A DNA stretch of 64,000 nucleotides from contig OZ024743.1 of assembly GCA_964016885.1 (NCBI GenBank), forward strand, positions 33,356,001 through 33,420,000, written 5' to 3'. This stretch comes from Eledone cirrhosa (lineage: Eukaryota). Shown here one piece after another: positions 12,229 to 25,758 of this stretch; position 1 is the first letter of the stretch, and each line of letters opens with the position of its first letter. A model generated the notes under the pieces. The model had not been told where the DNA came from. It searched no databases and saw only the letters and a list, made by a program, of their open reading frames with translations. Made by a program: the position numbers and the translations under genes.

Positions 12229-14319
12229 ATATATATATGTATGTATGTATGTATGTATATATACACACACATATACACGCACGCACACACACACACACAA
12301 GTAAAAAGAGTAGGAAGTATCACCACAACCGCCATAATATTTTTTTGCTTCATAGGAAATGAGCATTAGCTTTGTTAATTCACTGAAATTTTATTTTATA
12401 GAATTTTAGTTTTCTCTCTTGTTAATAGAAAAAAAACACCGAAATACAAAAATGTAATTTCAATAAAATCTTAACAGCTATCTTTCGAATTGATCTTACT
12501 TCTTCAGCTTTGGAATCTAACAAATTTTCTAACCAGCTGACTCACTTCAGCTGTTACTACTTAAGGTGTAATGATGCAGAACCTGTTGCCACATTTACTT
12601 CATGTGACATCAAATCTCATTTTCCCTTTCAATAAGAAATATATTACATATATATGTGTGTTTGTCATCATGGATACTTATTTATTCTTTATTCATTTAT
12701 AGGGTGGCAAATTGGCAGAGTTGTTAGAATGTCAGATAGAATACTTTGTGGTAATCATTCCGGTTTTCTGCTTTCTAAATTCAAGTCTCACCAAGGTCAA
12801 CTTTGTCTTTCAACCTTTCAAGGTTGATAAAAAAAGTACCAATGTGGTACTGGGGTCGATTCCTCCTCTCTTTCTTACTTTCTTCTATCCTTCTCTGGAA
12901 GAAATCTGCTATGTTCAGACCTGAAGAGGGATGGGCTCTACCAGGTTTAAAATGCCCAAGAAATGCTGTATGATACAATGGCACCTCTATGGGACGGACC
13001 ATACATACCATATTCATTTATCATATATTGCAGTTGAGACTATAAGCATGTAATGACACCCAAATATAAGGATGTTGATAGAAATTTTGCAGTGATGGTA
13101 GGGTATTAAATATGATTGTAAATTAGTAGTGCTGATTCCATAACAAAATACATTCAGTATACTGTAAAGTGGTTGGTGTTTAGAAGGGCATCCTATTGCA
13201 GAAACTGTGCCAAAGATGGAACATATTAGCAAAGTGTGACCCCCCTGACCTATTTAATGTCTGACCATTCCAACCTGGCTAACTCATACTAGCATGGAGA
13301 ATGTACCTAAATTGATGATGATGATGATGATGATAACTATTAAAATTAAATGAGTTATATCAATGCAGACATAGAAGTAAAATGCAAGAAACAAAAATAT
13401 AGTAAAATGTAGAAGAATACAAGTAAAAAATATAATGATGAGAGTGTGGATGAAGTTGGAATATGAAAGTGTGACACATTAACAGAGAATGGACTGAAAA
13501 GAAATAGTAGAAGGAAAAAGGAAAAAATGTATAGAAAATATGTGTTAAAAAGAGTGAGTAAAAAATACACATAAACTAAAATAAAAAACAAGGAAGAAAT
13601 TGAGATTCTAGAATTTAGTTAACCGATATTATAGGAATATCTATTTTATTTTCAGTTAACTTTACTTGTTACATCTAATATAATTTTTGTTATCACAGTT
13701 GTCACGATGCTGGTCTTTTTTTTTCTTTTTTGTAAGATGTTTCATCTCTGATACACTGCTTGATTAGATTAAAGTTTGCCAGAAAGGTTCCTTTTTTCAC
13801 ATGGAACTGTTGCATAATTGTTAATTTCCTGCTGCAGGTGGTACATTCCTGCCATTGCACTCTTCTTCTGCTTCTTTTGCATTGCAATAGAATAAAATAC
13901 TCATTACTTCTGGTCTTTCCTTTCTCCAATATCTTATCATCTGCTTATAGATATTTTTAAACATAAGTATAACTAGCGATCATTCCATACTTGAGTAGTT
14001 TCAGAAGCACAGGTTTATCTCTGTACATGTATTACTGATATATATATGTGGCTACATAAATATTATACAAATAATTACATATTCTTTCAAGCATGTATGG
14101 CTTCTTAAAATACACTGAAACAATTTCGTTTGTTTTTAAAGATAATATTGTTTCATGTTTTACAAAATAAAGATACAGCTATTGTTTATCCAATGGAAAA
14201 TTTGCTAATAACCTGTGAATCAACATTGAATTTGGAAAGCTGGATGAGTTGTGTGTAGTTAACATTGTTTGAACAGCTGACATTCAAGGGCAAAGGGAAA
14301 TATATTCATAGGAAACAGT

Positions 14320-14715
14320 TACCATCATCATTTTTATGCTTGTTTTTCCATATTTACATGAGCTTGAAGAGTCTTCTCCATTGCAACATCCTGCCATTTC
14401 TTGTTTCTCCTTTGGGGAGTTCACCATCCTGAAATCAGCTTTCACCAGCTTTATGCAAGTGTTCTTTGCTCATCTTCCATGGCTTTCTTCCACTTGCAAT
14501 TCCTGCTACTTCTTCACCCAGTGATCATCATCTGTGTACATTACATGGCCAAACCAATACAATCTTCTCTCATGCACACTGCATTTAATTCCTCTTATGC
14601 CTAGTTTTCCTATCAACTCAGTAACGCTTTGTAGTTCATGTACACTAACATTGCATTGGTTCATTTCATTCTAGCCTTTGAATATCCTGTGCATTCAATG
14701 CCCATATCCCACTAG
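14320..14715 (-). mobile_element. Old RTE family 1, 3' fragment
   Basis: Minus translation RGIKCSVHERRLYWFGHVM; (GAT)n tail. Confidence 0.7.
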
Positions 14716-14913
14716 TTTTACAATAGTATAATTCCGTTCTTGGAGGATATTAATTTACATATGGTTATTTTAGTGGTTAAGACTGTTTGATAAAGGCCAG
14801 ATCAATGCAAATTGGAAATATGAGAGTGAAAAGTTTGACTATATATCACATAATATTTTGAGGTTAGAACCTCTTTTTAAAAAAAGAAAAGGAGAATGGT
14901 GTACAATCATTAT

Positions 14914-15101
14914 GGTGGATTGGCAGTATCAGTAGAGGGTCGGACGCCATGCTTTGCAGCAAAGAGTTACGGCCCTTTATGGTCTGAGTTCAAATCCCGC
15001 CAAGGTTAACTTTGCCTTTCATCCTTACGGGGTCGATAAAATAAAGTACCTATAATGTACTGGGATAATTGCTGGCCTTGTGCCAAAAGTAAAAACAATT
15101 A
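14914..15101 (+). mobile_element. SINE family 1
   Basis: Near-identical to 38818-39010. Confidence 0.85.
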
Positions 15102-15809
15102 TTATAGAGGTTATTGCAGGAGAGCATCATTTACTGCCAAAACTACACTTCTAAACTTAAATATCGTGAAGTATGAGGTAAAAGTCTAAACTATATATTT
15201 TTTTGTTTTATTTTTCATACTTGACTCAAGTTTTCATCATCATCATTACCGTTTAATGTCTATTTTCCATGCTTACATGGGTTAGACAGCTTGTCACATT
15301 ATGAGTCAAGTCAAGTCCAGAGATCACCTCTTGCTCATACGCGTCTGTAATTTGGCTTGGTTTTTAGAGCTGAATGCCCTTCCTAATACTAACCTCATTA
15401 CAGTGTGTACTGACTGTTTCCTCATGGCACTGAAACGACCACCTTACAGAGTGAACTGCATGCTTCTTTGTGTGTCACCATCACGATCACTTTATAGGAT
15501 GGACTGGGTACTATTGTTGTTGTGTTGCCAGATCATCTTACAGAGTGGATTTCATGCTTTTTGTCATGACATAGCATTGTGGGAGGTCAGATGTCCAATG
15601 TGTCTAACTTTCATGGGCTGGGGAGGTGAGGTGTATCTTATATTTCCAATCCCAAAATAAACATAAACCACATATCTTACAATGCTTCATATGAGCTAAT
15701 ATTCCTTATTTAGTATTACTGTACTGATGTGTATCACATCTTTCCATTTCACTGCATATTCTAAGATTATGTTTTATATAATCTATAGGTATTTAGTCAT
15801 GGAGGACTA

Positions 15810-16256
15810 GTGTGTATATGTGTGTATGAAAGAGAGGGAGAGAGAAAAGAAAGTGAAAATGTCTGTGTGTGAGAGGGAGAGAGAAAGAGGGAGAGTGTGT
15901 TAGAGGGAGACAGAAAGAAAGTGAGAGAGTGTGTGTGTGTGAGAGGGAGAGAGAAAGAGAGAGAGTGTGTTAGAGGGAGACAGAAAGAAAGTGTGAGAGG
16001 GAGAGCAAAAGAAAGTGAGAGAGTGTGAGAGGGAAAGAGAAAGAACGTGAGAGGGCGAGAGAAAGAAAATGAGAGGGAGAGATTGTGTGTGTGAGAGTGA
16101 GAGAGAAAGAAAGTGAGAGAGTGTATGTGTGTGACAGTGTAAGAGTGTGTGTGTGTGTGAGAGAGTGTAAGAGTGTGTGTGTGTGTGAGAGAGGGAGAGA
16201 GAAAGAAAGAGAGTGTGTGAGAGGGAGAAAGAAATAAAGTGAGAGAGTGTGAGAGT
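15810..16256. repeat. Compound (GA)n/(GT)n low-complexity tract
   Basis: Seen directly. Confidence 0.9.
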
Positions 16257-16514
16257 ATATATTTAAAGTAAGAAAATGAAGAATATAACTGGGATTGAGA
16301 AAACCAGAAATCATTTATGTCTTCAAGTTAGATATATACGTAATAAAAATTGGGCTTTAGTTGGAGGAAATGCTTCAAGTTAGGTAATAAAAACACTTGA
16401 GGAATATTCCTCCCCCACCCCCAATGAAATTCCTCAAGCTTTTTTACTTAGAAACCTCATTGGACATATTCCTATCAATTGAAAATGAAACTGTACATTC
16501 AGTCTTTTTCATAT

Positions 16515-17115
16515 GAATCATCTTCTTCTCTTCCTGGGAGGGGTTGAATCCCCAAACATTCCTTCCAGCAGGTGCTGTCAGAAGCAACCATCCAATTAAT
16601 CTGACTGGTTCCCCAAACAAGACCAGCTAACCTCATGGATGTTATCCATCCCTTGGATCTCCTGCCAGTTTGTTTTTTCCCCAAAATCTGTCCAGTGATT
16701 CTTTCCTGAGACATTTTAACCACATGCCTGTAGTATTGGAGCTGAGATCCCTCAATTCAGAGAAGTACTGGTTCTACCTGGAATGACTGTCTGTTGAGTA
16801 ATGTTACTTCTAAGACTTTGGAGGAACCCCATTTTGGCCACTTGTATTCATGAACGTATTCTTTCAATCATTACCCAAGATTCATGGCCATAGGTATAGG
16901 TTGGCATGAATACTGAATTGAAGATAGCAAGTTTGGCCTTTACACCTACCTCACTTCCTCTGATGACCGAATGCTGAAGCTGGCACATTACTGTCCCAGT
17001 TCCTGCAATTCTTGCACTTAATTCAGCCTCCTGTCTTCCATCACTTGTGAACATGGCCCTGGTATACTTGAACTTCTTCACCTGCTTCAGTGGAACTCCA
17101 CTCACATGCATGGAT
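16515..17115 (-). mobile_element. RTE LINE family 2, C-terminal fragment
   Basis: QVKKFKY..TYGHESW..SQERITGQIL; homologous to 6572-6970. Confidence 0.8.
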
Positions 17116-18388
17116 CTATTAAAGATTATATTAGTATATGCATAGTTTCAAATTTATTTAGATATTCTGGTACATAAGATTATTGAAGGCACCTTAATGT
17201 ATTTTAATAGAAATATTTATGTACATGACAAATAAACCAATCAGAATGAGATTCTGATGTTAATATGCCATTTAAATCACACTGGCTTGTTACAAATTAT
17301 TGTTTCCCAGATGATAATGAAAAAATAAATACTAAAAATATACTTTTAGAAAATGATGTAAAGTAACTACTCTAAATTGCTATAAAACTAGGTTTCTTAA
17401 CTTATATATATGTAATTTATAACCCACACATGCACACACACTCACACACACTCACACACACTCACACACATTCATTTACACTTATTTTAACATTTACATG
17501 CAACAATTTAGAACCAGTCAAATTTAAAGAAACAAGAAAAAATGAAAGCATTTTCATCTTAAGCCTAATTTCTGATTTCTACAAAACTTTAGCCGGAATT
17601 CAGTATATAATACTTTAATTGTATCATCAGACATTTGAATATTTTTTTTCCTCCTCTCACTAGTAAATAGATTTAATTTAATTCACAGAACAAGTCAGAT
17701 TTGAAGCCTGAGGAAAGGAAAAGTCCAGGCAATAGATTCATTAATAGAACATTAATTAACCAAAAATTTCTAATTTTCAACTATTTAACATTATTGACTT
17801 GACTCCAATTTATTATGTAAACGGTATTGCAAATGTAAGTTTAGCATGGCTTAAAACCATTAATGCTTGGAATAGATTTCTTGATTGGTTTTAGTTTGTC
17901 TATAAAATAGAGAATGTAAAATCATATAGGTAGGTGTAACAAAATGATTGATGTACATCTGTGTAAAAGCAATTAGAATATATTTCAAGAATTTTAAAGA
18001 AGAGCTGTTTTGCAAATTTTAGTTCCAGTATAGTGATTTAAGGCAGCAATTTGGCAACAATATTAGAGCATTGGATGAAATATTTTGCAGTGTTTGTTCC
18101 AGCATCTTGCATTCTGGTTTCAAATCCTGCCAAGGACATCTTTGCCTTTCATGTTCCCATGGTTGATAAACACACCAGAGCAATTGAATGGTAAAAATTA
18201 CTAAAATGTCAGATGAGTGTCTTGGGGTGTTTGTCCACCTCTTTATGTCCTGAGATTAAACACTGCTATTGCCCTACATGAGTGGAAGACTTAACCAGTT
18301 CATTTTAACCCTTTAGCATTTAAACCGACATTATCCCGCCAGAGTTCTCTCACCTCTTTCTGTTCAAACTGGCTGTAACCAGCCACTT

Positions 18389-19741
18389 ATCATCATCATC
18401 ATCACCATCACCGTTTTACGTCCGTTCTTCCACGCTAGCATGGGTTAGACGGGTTGTCCTGTTGTGGGCAGTGTCTGGTCGGCTGACCATGCCTTGCTCA
18501 TACAGGAACTGATCTGGCTTGATTTCTACAGCTGGATGCCCTTCCTAACACCAACCTCATTTACAGTGAGTGCTGGGTGCTTTTTCGTGGCGCCTACACG
18601 TCCACTTTACAGTGTGGGCTGGGTGCTTTTTTGCCGTGGCACCTCCACGGCCACCTTGCGGTGGAGGGGGGGGCATATTGTTTATATGCTTCAGCATGTA
18701 CCCATGGGAGGTCGGGTACCCTGTATTACTGCGTGACGCCAGAAGTCACGGTCGTGTGTCATTGACTTTGAGAGGTGTAGTTGGGTAAGGTCGGCTTTTA
18801 TCACCTCATCCCAAGTCATCTTGGGTCTCCCCACTCCGCGGTTTCCATCAACTTCTAGTGCTCTGCACCTTTTTATGCAGCTGTCATCCTTCATACGCAT
18901 CACATGTCCATACCAGCGTAACCGCCTCTCCTGCACGCAGCATTTGATTCCTCTTATGCTCAGTCTCTCTCTCAATTCCTTTATGCTTTGTCGTTCACGT
19001 ATATTACTGTTACACATCCATCGGAGCATGCAGGCTTCGTTTCTCTCTAATCTACGTAAGTCTTCCACCTTCAGCGCCCAGGTCTCACTACCATGCAACA
19101 TCGCTGTTCGGATACACGCATCATACAGTCTGCCTTTCATTCTGAGGGAGAAGCCTTTTGCAGCTAGCAGTGGTAGTAGTTCCCTAAACTTCTTCCATCC
19201 CGTTCTTACCCTAGTTATTGTACTTTCTGAGCACCCACCTCCGTTGCTAATTCGGTCACCTAGGTAGCAGAAGCTGTCTACTGTTTCTACAGGGCCCTCC
19301 CAGAGATTGGTGGTACTTGTTTCCTGTGGCTGTTTGCTTGCTGTTTCAGCACAGCTGCTGCATGTGAATCCTACATTCTTAATTAAGCTTCCTGAGATCC
19401 CGCTACATCTCTTGTGTACCCATTGTTTGCATTTGGGGCAGAGAATGGAGTTTCTACCTACACCTTTCCTACATACTGAGCAAGGCCATTTCCCTGAGGG
19501 GATCTGGGTTCTGTTTTCTCGTCTACTTACAAGGACCTTAGTCTTTGTCATGTTGACTTTGAGGCCCTTTCTCTCTAGTCCCTGCTTCCAGGTTTGGAAT
19601 TTATTCTCTAGTTCTACCATAGATTCAGCTATGAGTGCGAGGTCATCAGCATACAGGAGTTCCCATGGGCATCCGGTCTTAAACTCCTCCGTTATTGCCT
19701 GCAGGACTATGATGAACAGGAGAGGGCTAAGAACAGAGCCT
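18389..19741 (-). mobile_element. 5'-truncated RTE LINE family 1, copy 1
   Basis: (Q)[41 protein letters not shown]; 3' UTR ends in (GAT)n. Confidence 0.92.
18691..19620 (-). CDS. RTE ORF C-terminal part (RT remainder plus PHD-type finger); open but 5'-truncated
   Basis: 309-aa ORF; frame stays open upstream to ~19740 through YADD. Confidence 0.8.
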   Translation of the reverse strand: MVELENKFQTWKQGLERKGLKVNMTKTKVLVSRRENRTQIPSGKWPCSVCRKGVGRNSILCPKCKQWVHKRCSGISGSLIKNVGFTCSSCAETASKQPQETSTTNLWEGPVETVDSFCYLGDRISNGGGCSESTITRVRTGWKKFRELLPLLAAKGFSLRMKGRLYDACIRTAMLHGSETWALKVEDLRRLERNEACMLRWMCNSNIRERQSIKELRERLSIRGIKCCVQERRLRWYGHVMRMKDDSCIKRCRALEVDGNRGVGRPKMTWDEVIKADLTQLHLSKSMTHDRDFWRHAVIQGTRPPMGTC

Positions 19742-21399
19742 GATTATACTGATGTTAATGTATTGTTCTCAAAATAAATAACATCAAAGTCTCATAGATT
19801 TGAAATTATGTGAGATAATTATGTAAGATAAAGCCTTTACTACAAAAATACAATAGTAAATATAGAGTAATGTAAATGCTGAAGGGTTAACATCACCACC
19901 TGGCTCTTGTGTAACTTTAGCATACTCTATTCTGTTTCAAGCATTTGGACCAAGTCTTTGGGTTGGAGATACTTCCTCCTTCCCTCTATTAAATCTCAGA
20001 GGTCCTGAAAAGGGTCATAGGCACTGGTCAGTCATCCTGAGTAACCAAATCGGACTGAGGAAACAATGTTTGCATTGGTCTTTTCAATTGCTAGTACTAT
20101 CTATCAGTCGCAACTAACTCCAGGCAGAAGGAGCAACGTGAAATAAAGTGTTTTGCTCAAGGACATAATGCATCGCTTGGTCTGGGAATCAAAATCACAA
20201 CCTCACAATTGTGAATCCAATTCTCTAACCACTCAGCCACACGCCTTCACTATATATATATATATATACATGCTTTACCTATTTTCTCATCTTACATTTT
20301 AAATGCAGCGAATTGATAGAGTTTTTAGGGAACCAGATTAAATGCCTTTTTTTAACTCTGAATTCAAATTCTTCTGGGGTTAGCTTTGCCTTTCATTCTT
20401 TCAGGGTCAACAAAAAATGTATCAGTCCAGGGTTGGTGGATTGGCAGAATTGTTAATAAGTCAGTATCTGGTCTGGCTCTGTACATTCTCAGTATAAATT
20501 TCACTTCCATCTGTTAGTTGTGACTGGTTGATAATATTAGCAATGGAAAACCAATGTAAGCATTGTTTCCTTGGTCCAGCCTGATGATCGTCTCCTTCCC
20601 TTTCTTTCCTTTTAAATAACATACTGTATACTCTGTTTTATACAAATATTATCTTTTTACATTATATAACCCTATATGTGGCAAATTGAACACATGCAAT
20701 CTATTATTATTCTACAAAAAAAAATATGTTAAAGAAATAAAGCTGATAATCATATATAGCCACACAAATGTGATCACAAACATACTGATGTTAATGATGC
20801 ATCCATAAATAAAAATGGAAATGATGATTCTTGTGTATATTTTTAATAGAAATTTTTTATGTTATTCATGTAGCTGTCCAGAGAATTAATATCATGGTTA
20901 CTAAACATTCTCTAGAACAGTGTTACTATATAAATTGAATTAATATATTCTTCTAATAGGATTAATATCATATGGGAGCATCTTATATATGATAGCTACA
21001 TTTATATCAGCATAGTATACTAACTCACATTGCTTACTATATTAATTGTAAACCAATATTGGAAATGATGCGAGAAGTTATTTTCAGTATTGGAATATCA
21101 TTCCTCGTCTGTAACCAAAAGATATTGTTTCTTTGTGGTTCTTTTTTTGTTTTTTTTTCACTAAATTCTACATAGGTTATATATATGTGTGTCTGTGTGT
21201 GTGTCTGTGTGTGTGTGTGTGTCTGTCTGTCTATGTGTGTGTATAAACCTATGCACACTGAATGAAATTTGTTGATATAATTTATTGGTGGTATAATGAA
21301 AGGACATAGACTGTTGGTCCTCAGTGGGTATTAATGGTAAAAGTATTTTTTTTATTACCTTTTTTCCTGTTGAGCCTTGTTTCTTCACAGTACTGATTT

Positions 21400-22020
21400 T
21401 CATTCTTACTGGGCATCACTCGGCAGCAAACCTATCAAGTGCATGCTGGAGATCACCTTCTGATGATTTAAGTAAATTGATTTGTTGTCTGCAAATTGCA
21501 ACCAACTGCTCATACACATGCCAGTCTTGATAACACTTCCAACCTGGTTGCACATCCTCTCCATAAAGATTATTAACAGGAGAGGTGACAGTATGTATCT
21601 CCAATTGAATGCTTTCAACTTAGCACCATTTATCTGAACATTAATACTAGGGCATTCTTATAGAAACATCAGAGCAATAAGAAGCTGTCCATTGATTCCA
21701 TATTACTGCAAAACCTTGCACTAAAGATCCCGTGGAACATGGTCATATGCCTTTTAGAGGTTTATGAAGCAAGCATATACTTCTTGGTAGTACTCTGACA
21801 ATTTCTCAAAGACCTTCCAAATTTGAATATTTGGCTTACTGTGCTGCATCCAGGGTGAAAACCAAACGGTTCATCAGCTAGGTTCAGCTCGACAATATCT
21901 CTACATATCTCTTCCAGACACTTAACATAGATATTACTGAGGAGGTTTAACAAAGAAATCTCTATAATTGGAGCAAATATTGTCTCCATTTTTGAAAAGT
22001 GGAAATAATCACTTCAGATT
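21400..22020 (-). mobile_element. RTE LINE family 2, degraded RT fragment
   Basis: ISLLN..GFHPGCST..KAYDHVP..LSPLLL..LQFAD. Confidence 0.8.
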
Positions 22021-25000
22021 GCCTTGGGTATCCAGCCAGATCAATTGGAGACAATTGCTTCAGAAATAAGTGGGTGAAGATGAAGATTGTAGTTTCTGTA
22101 AATCACAGAAACTTGACACAGCATTTTTCTAATATTATTTAGAAAAGTTTTAACAGATACTATCCAAGAAAAAACAATTATTAGAGAGTGTTGCTGATAA
22201 AATGGTTAGGCAAAACAAGAAACTTTGGTATTAAACCCCTCAAGAACATTGGATTGGCCAAATTATTTGAGTGTCAGACAAAATCCCCTAGTATTTATTC
22301 CTGGCCCTTTACATTCTTAGTCCTGTTCCTGCTTTTCATCATTCTGAAGTTGATAAAGTAAAGTTCTAGACAAGTGCTGGGATCAATTTGATTGACTATA
22401 AACCCTTCTCCAGAATTTGAGGTCTTGTGTCTATATAAAAATCTGCTATGTATTCAGTTCAGAATAGATGCCCTGTTTTCCTGCATGTCCAATGAGGCAA
22501 CTTAAAGTGTTGACTCCAGGAAAAGCATCTAACCATAAAACATTGCCTCAAAAAGGACACCATGATGAGTACGAAGTTTGTCATAGGCCTGTAGGGTTTT
22601 ATCCCTTCTTTGGTTGGAAAAATCAACTTAATCTTTAACATGCTAGAAAGTTTTATGAATTGCTTCCCTTACATTGCACTATGTATTGAAGGGAGACTAC
22701 TCTATCGGCAACTTAATGCACCTGTAGCTTCCTGAAGGTTAACTTTTTTGTTTTTGCATGTGTAAAAAAAAAATCAATATAAATCTTTTCTGGGAAATAT
22801 CAATAGTATAATGGAAATAATTTTGAATGTATATCTAGTTCATAGAACTCATCACTGTGACATGATTATGCTTTTAATAAGAATTATTAGTTTTTTTTTT
22901 CAAGCTCAAAACCAATTTTATTGATATATTTTTCAGCTGCATATTACAAAAATTTAATTGGAGTAAATAAATTAACAGCAATATATCAAACAATTTTGAA
23001 ATAAATTGAATTAAAAGTTACCATTCTATTTCTTAATTTGTAATGACATATGCCATGTTTTACACATGTGCAAATGTTCCTATGTATTCCCATCGAACAT
23101 GTTCATACATTTATGTTTTTGTCTTAACAGCAAAACAAATTCATTGGCGTAAAGTTTATATAATTAAGTCAACAATTGTCTGACATTGACACATATCAAC
23201 ACCTTTCTACTTACACATTTTATTTTCTATTTAGAGACAAACTCTGTTTCAACTCCAGAAAGTGTATGACATGATGTATAAATAGAAATAAATTAGATAA
23301 AATATGTTATTCAACAAAAGATTTCCACAATTAGTTTGATATATTATGAACAAGAAGGGTGTATCATCTCAACTCTGCAGATATTATAGAGAAATGTTAG
23401 GGTCATCTCAACTAAGCTGACAATGTTGCAATCAATTCAGTGTTCAAGATGAATAAATTAAAGTAATATTTCACTTGTATCAGAGAAAATGTGTTATCTT
23501 TAGAACATTGCTAGGTCAGGGGATATGCTTCTTTGATATTATTTTTCTCAGATTTGTTTAATACTTTCACGGCCATATTTCTAATGAAATGCACTCTATT
23601 TCAATTAACAATCTCTTTATCGCAGAATTTTCAGCGATTTTGTAAAATTATTCATTATTTTATTACTAAGATAAGAAGTTAATATATGGTTCTTATATAA
23701 AATTTGTTGAAAGAGTTTATTTAGATAGAAACCCTTTAAAAGGGATAGTTTTTGTTTCATACAAACAGAGCTAGTTTTGGCTGGGTTGGTACTAAAAGGC
23801 TTAATGTTTCAAAATAATACTATATGATGATGGAAGCTCCATCAGTTTTGACATTGCAAATTCAGTTTTTTCATCAACCGAACATCCAAATTGTAAATTA
23901 AGGTGTATGTGGTTGAGTGTTCCACAGACATGTGAACCCTCATAATTCCTGAGCTGAATCAGCAAGATACAATATGTGACAAGGCAGAACCTTTGAATTA
24001 CAAATACAATCCTCTCATTAGTCTTTTAAGCAGTTTCCGTCTGCTCTCACAAGGCCTGGGTTGACTCGAAGCTATGTTATAGAGACTTGCCTTAGATGCC
24101 ATACAGTGGAATCATATTTGGGACCTTGTGATTGTAAATTGAACTTCTTAAGTACTCAGTCATGCTTGTGTCCACTGTGCTATAGGATAAGTGTGTAGTG
24201 GTTAATTTGTCTGTACGAGAAATCAAAACAGTGGAGGAATTTACAAAATATGATGTGAAATGAGAAGTTATGTGAAATATAGAGATACTATGTTGAAGCA
24301 TAACAAAAGTTGGAATCACATGCAATGGCTTAGTTAAAAGACTTAAATGATATTGAAAGTGATATGAATGAGAAATGAAAAGGTATTGCAAGCAATACAA
24401 GATGGTAGCTAGAATATAAGTTTAATATGCCAATAGTTTGAATTGGTGAACTTATAAGATGTAATAGCTATATTTAATTGTTTCATTTATGCCCACAAGG
24501 GCCAGTATAGCTATATTTAATGCAATAAGAACATTGTTTCACTAAATAAATTGTTAAATTTAAAGACAAATAGGAAGATTATTTTTACCAACTTCCCAAG
24601 AATTAAACTTGCACAAAACAATTTAGTGATGTGATAACATTCCTTGTTTTGTTTTCTTCATTCTTGTGTGTTTTTTATTCTTCAGATTTATTGGTTACCT
24701 ATTTTCCTAGAACTTTAGTAATGATGCAGTTTAGTGAGCATAGATCATTTGTATTGAATATTAAATGAACTATGCAAATATAATTATTTCAGTATGTTCT
24801 TCAAAATCAATAGATAGATAACCTGTATACAAATTACAGATTACTGCTATTGAAATTAGTTTAATAAACCATAACCGATCGATAAATCATAGAAATAGTT
24901 ATTAAACCATTATGAAATCCTAGCATATAATAATTGCCTGCAGTTCTTCCAGGGATTTGTCACAGTATGGAGCCATATGTTGCTATGGACAAAGCAATTG

Positions 25001-25344
25001 AACTTACAAAAGTTGTTCAACTTCTATTGCTCATTGCTTTCACAATTTGTTATGCTTTAGATTTATTTTAAACTATTATGAAATGGTTTATTTCCCTTTA
25101 AGCTATTGTTTCTACTTAATTGCATTAACATAATATTCTATTTTTTTTTTCTTAAATCAACAAAATAATATTACTTAAAAAAAAGAGAAGAATCTCATTT
25201 ACCATAGAAAAGTAAAATGCCTCTTTATCTTCACCTAGTCCTTTTTAAAGCTCAGCCTTCTTTAGTTAAATCAATGGTTGAATTAGTTTGAAGAAAATGC
25301 ACTGGAATTGATAGTTTTCAATGTCATGTTCGGTATATATGATG

Positions 25345-25655
25345 ATGATCATCATCATCACTGTTTTACGTCCATTCTTCCACGCTAGCATGGGTTAGAC
25401 AGGTTGTCTGATCGGCTGACCTTGTCTTGCTCATACTGGAACTGATTCTGGCTTGATTTCTACAGCTGGATGCTCTTCCTAATACCAACCTCATTTACAG
25501 TGAGTGCTGGGTGCTTTTTTGCCATGGCACCTCCATGACCACTTTGCAGTGAGGGTGAGGGCATATTGTCTATATCCTTCAGCTTTGGCTTGTACCCGTG
25601 GGAAGTCAGGTCTTCTGTATTACTGTGTGACGCCAGAGGTCACGGTCGTGTGTCA
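25345..25655 (-). mobile_element. RTE family 1, 3' end only
   Basis: Matches 18389-18760 with deletions. Confidence 0.8.
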
Positions 25656-25725
25656 TCGCCTTTGTACATCTATATATGATATTCTGATGTACAACAAAAA
25701 TATGCTATGTTTATATTGTATATGC

Positions 25726-25758
<33 letters not shown>

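Larger units (their letters stand above)
18309..19886. mobile_element. TTAA MITE split by an RTE insertion
   Basis: TTAA|CCCTTTAGCATTTA at 18309 and TAAATGCTGAAGGG|TTAA at 19886; the two halves join into the 9876-10083 type sequence. Confidence 0.8.

Noticed and set aside
12470-12512. Minus-strand CTGAAGA..GAAA hammerhead-like spacing
   Set aside because: Poor stem II, no valid UH and weak stem I; at most a decayed relic
12915-12975. CTGAAGA-gggatgggc..gcccaa-GAAA
   Set aside because: No stem I complementarity
13702-13960. Coding-looking segment, possible host exon
   Set aside because: Stops or shifts in the plausible frames, no recognisable domain and no clear splice pair
18821-19777. Plus-strand ORFs over the RTE copies (also 33701-34426, and 56361-58471 over PLE-2)
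   Set aside because: Antisense shadows of transposon ORFs
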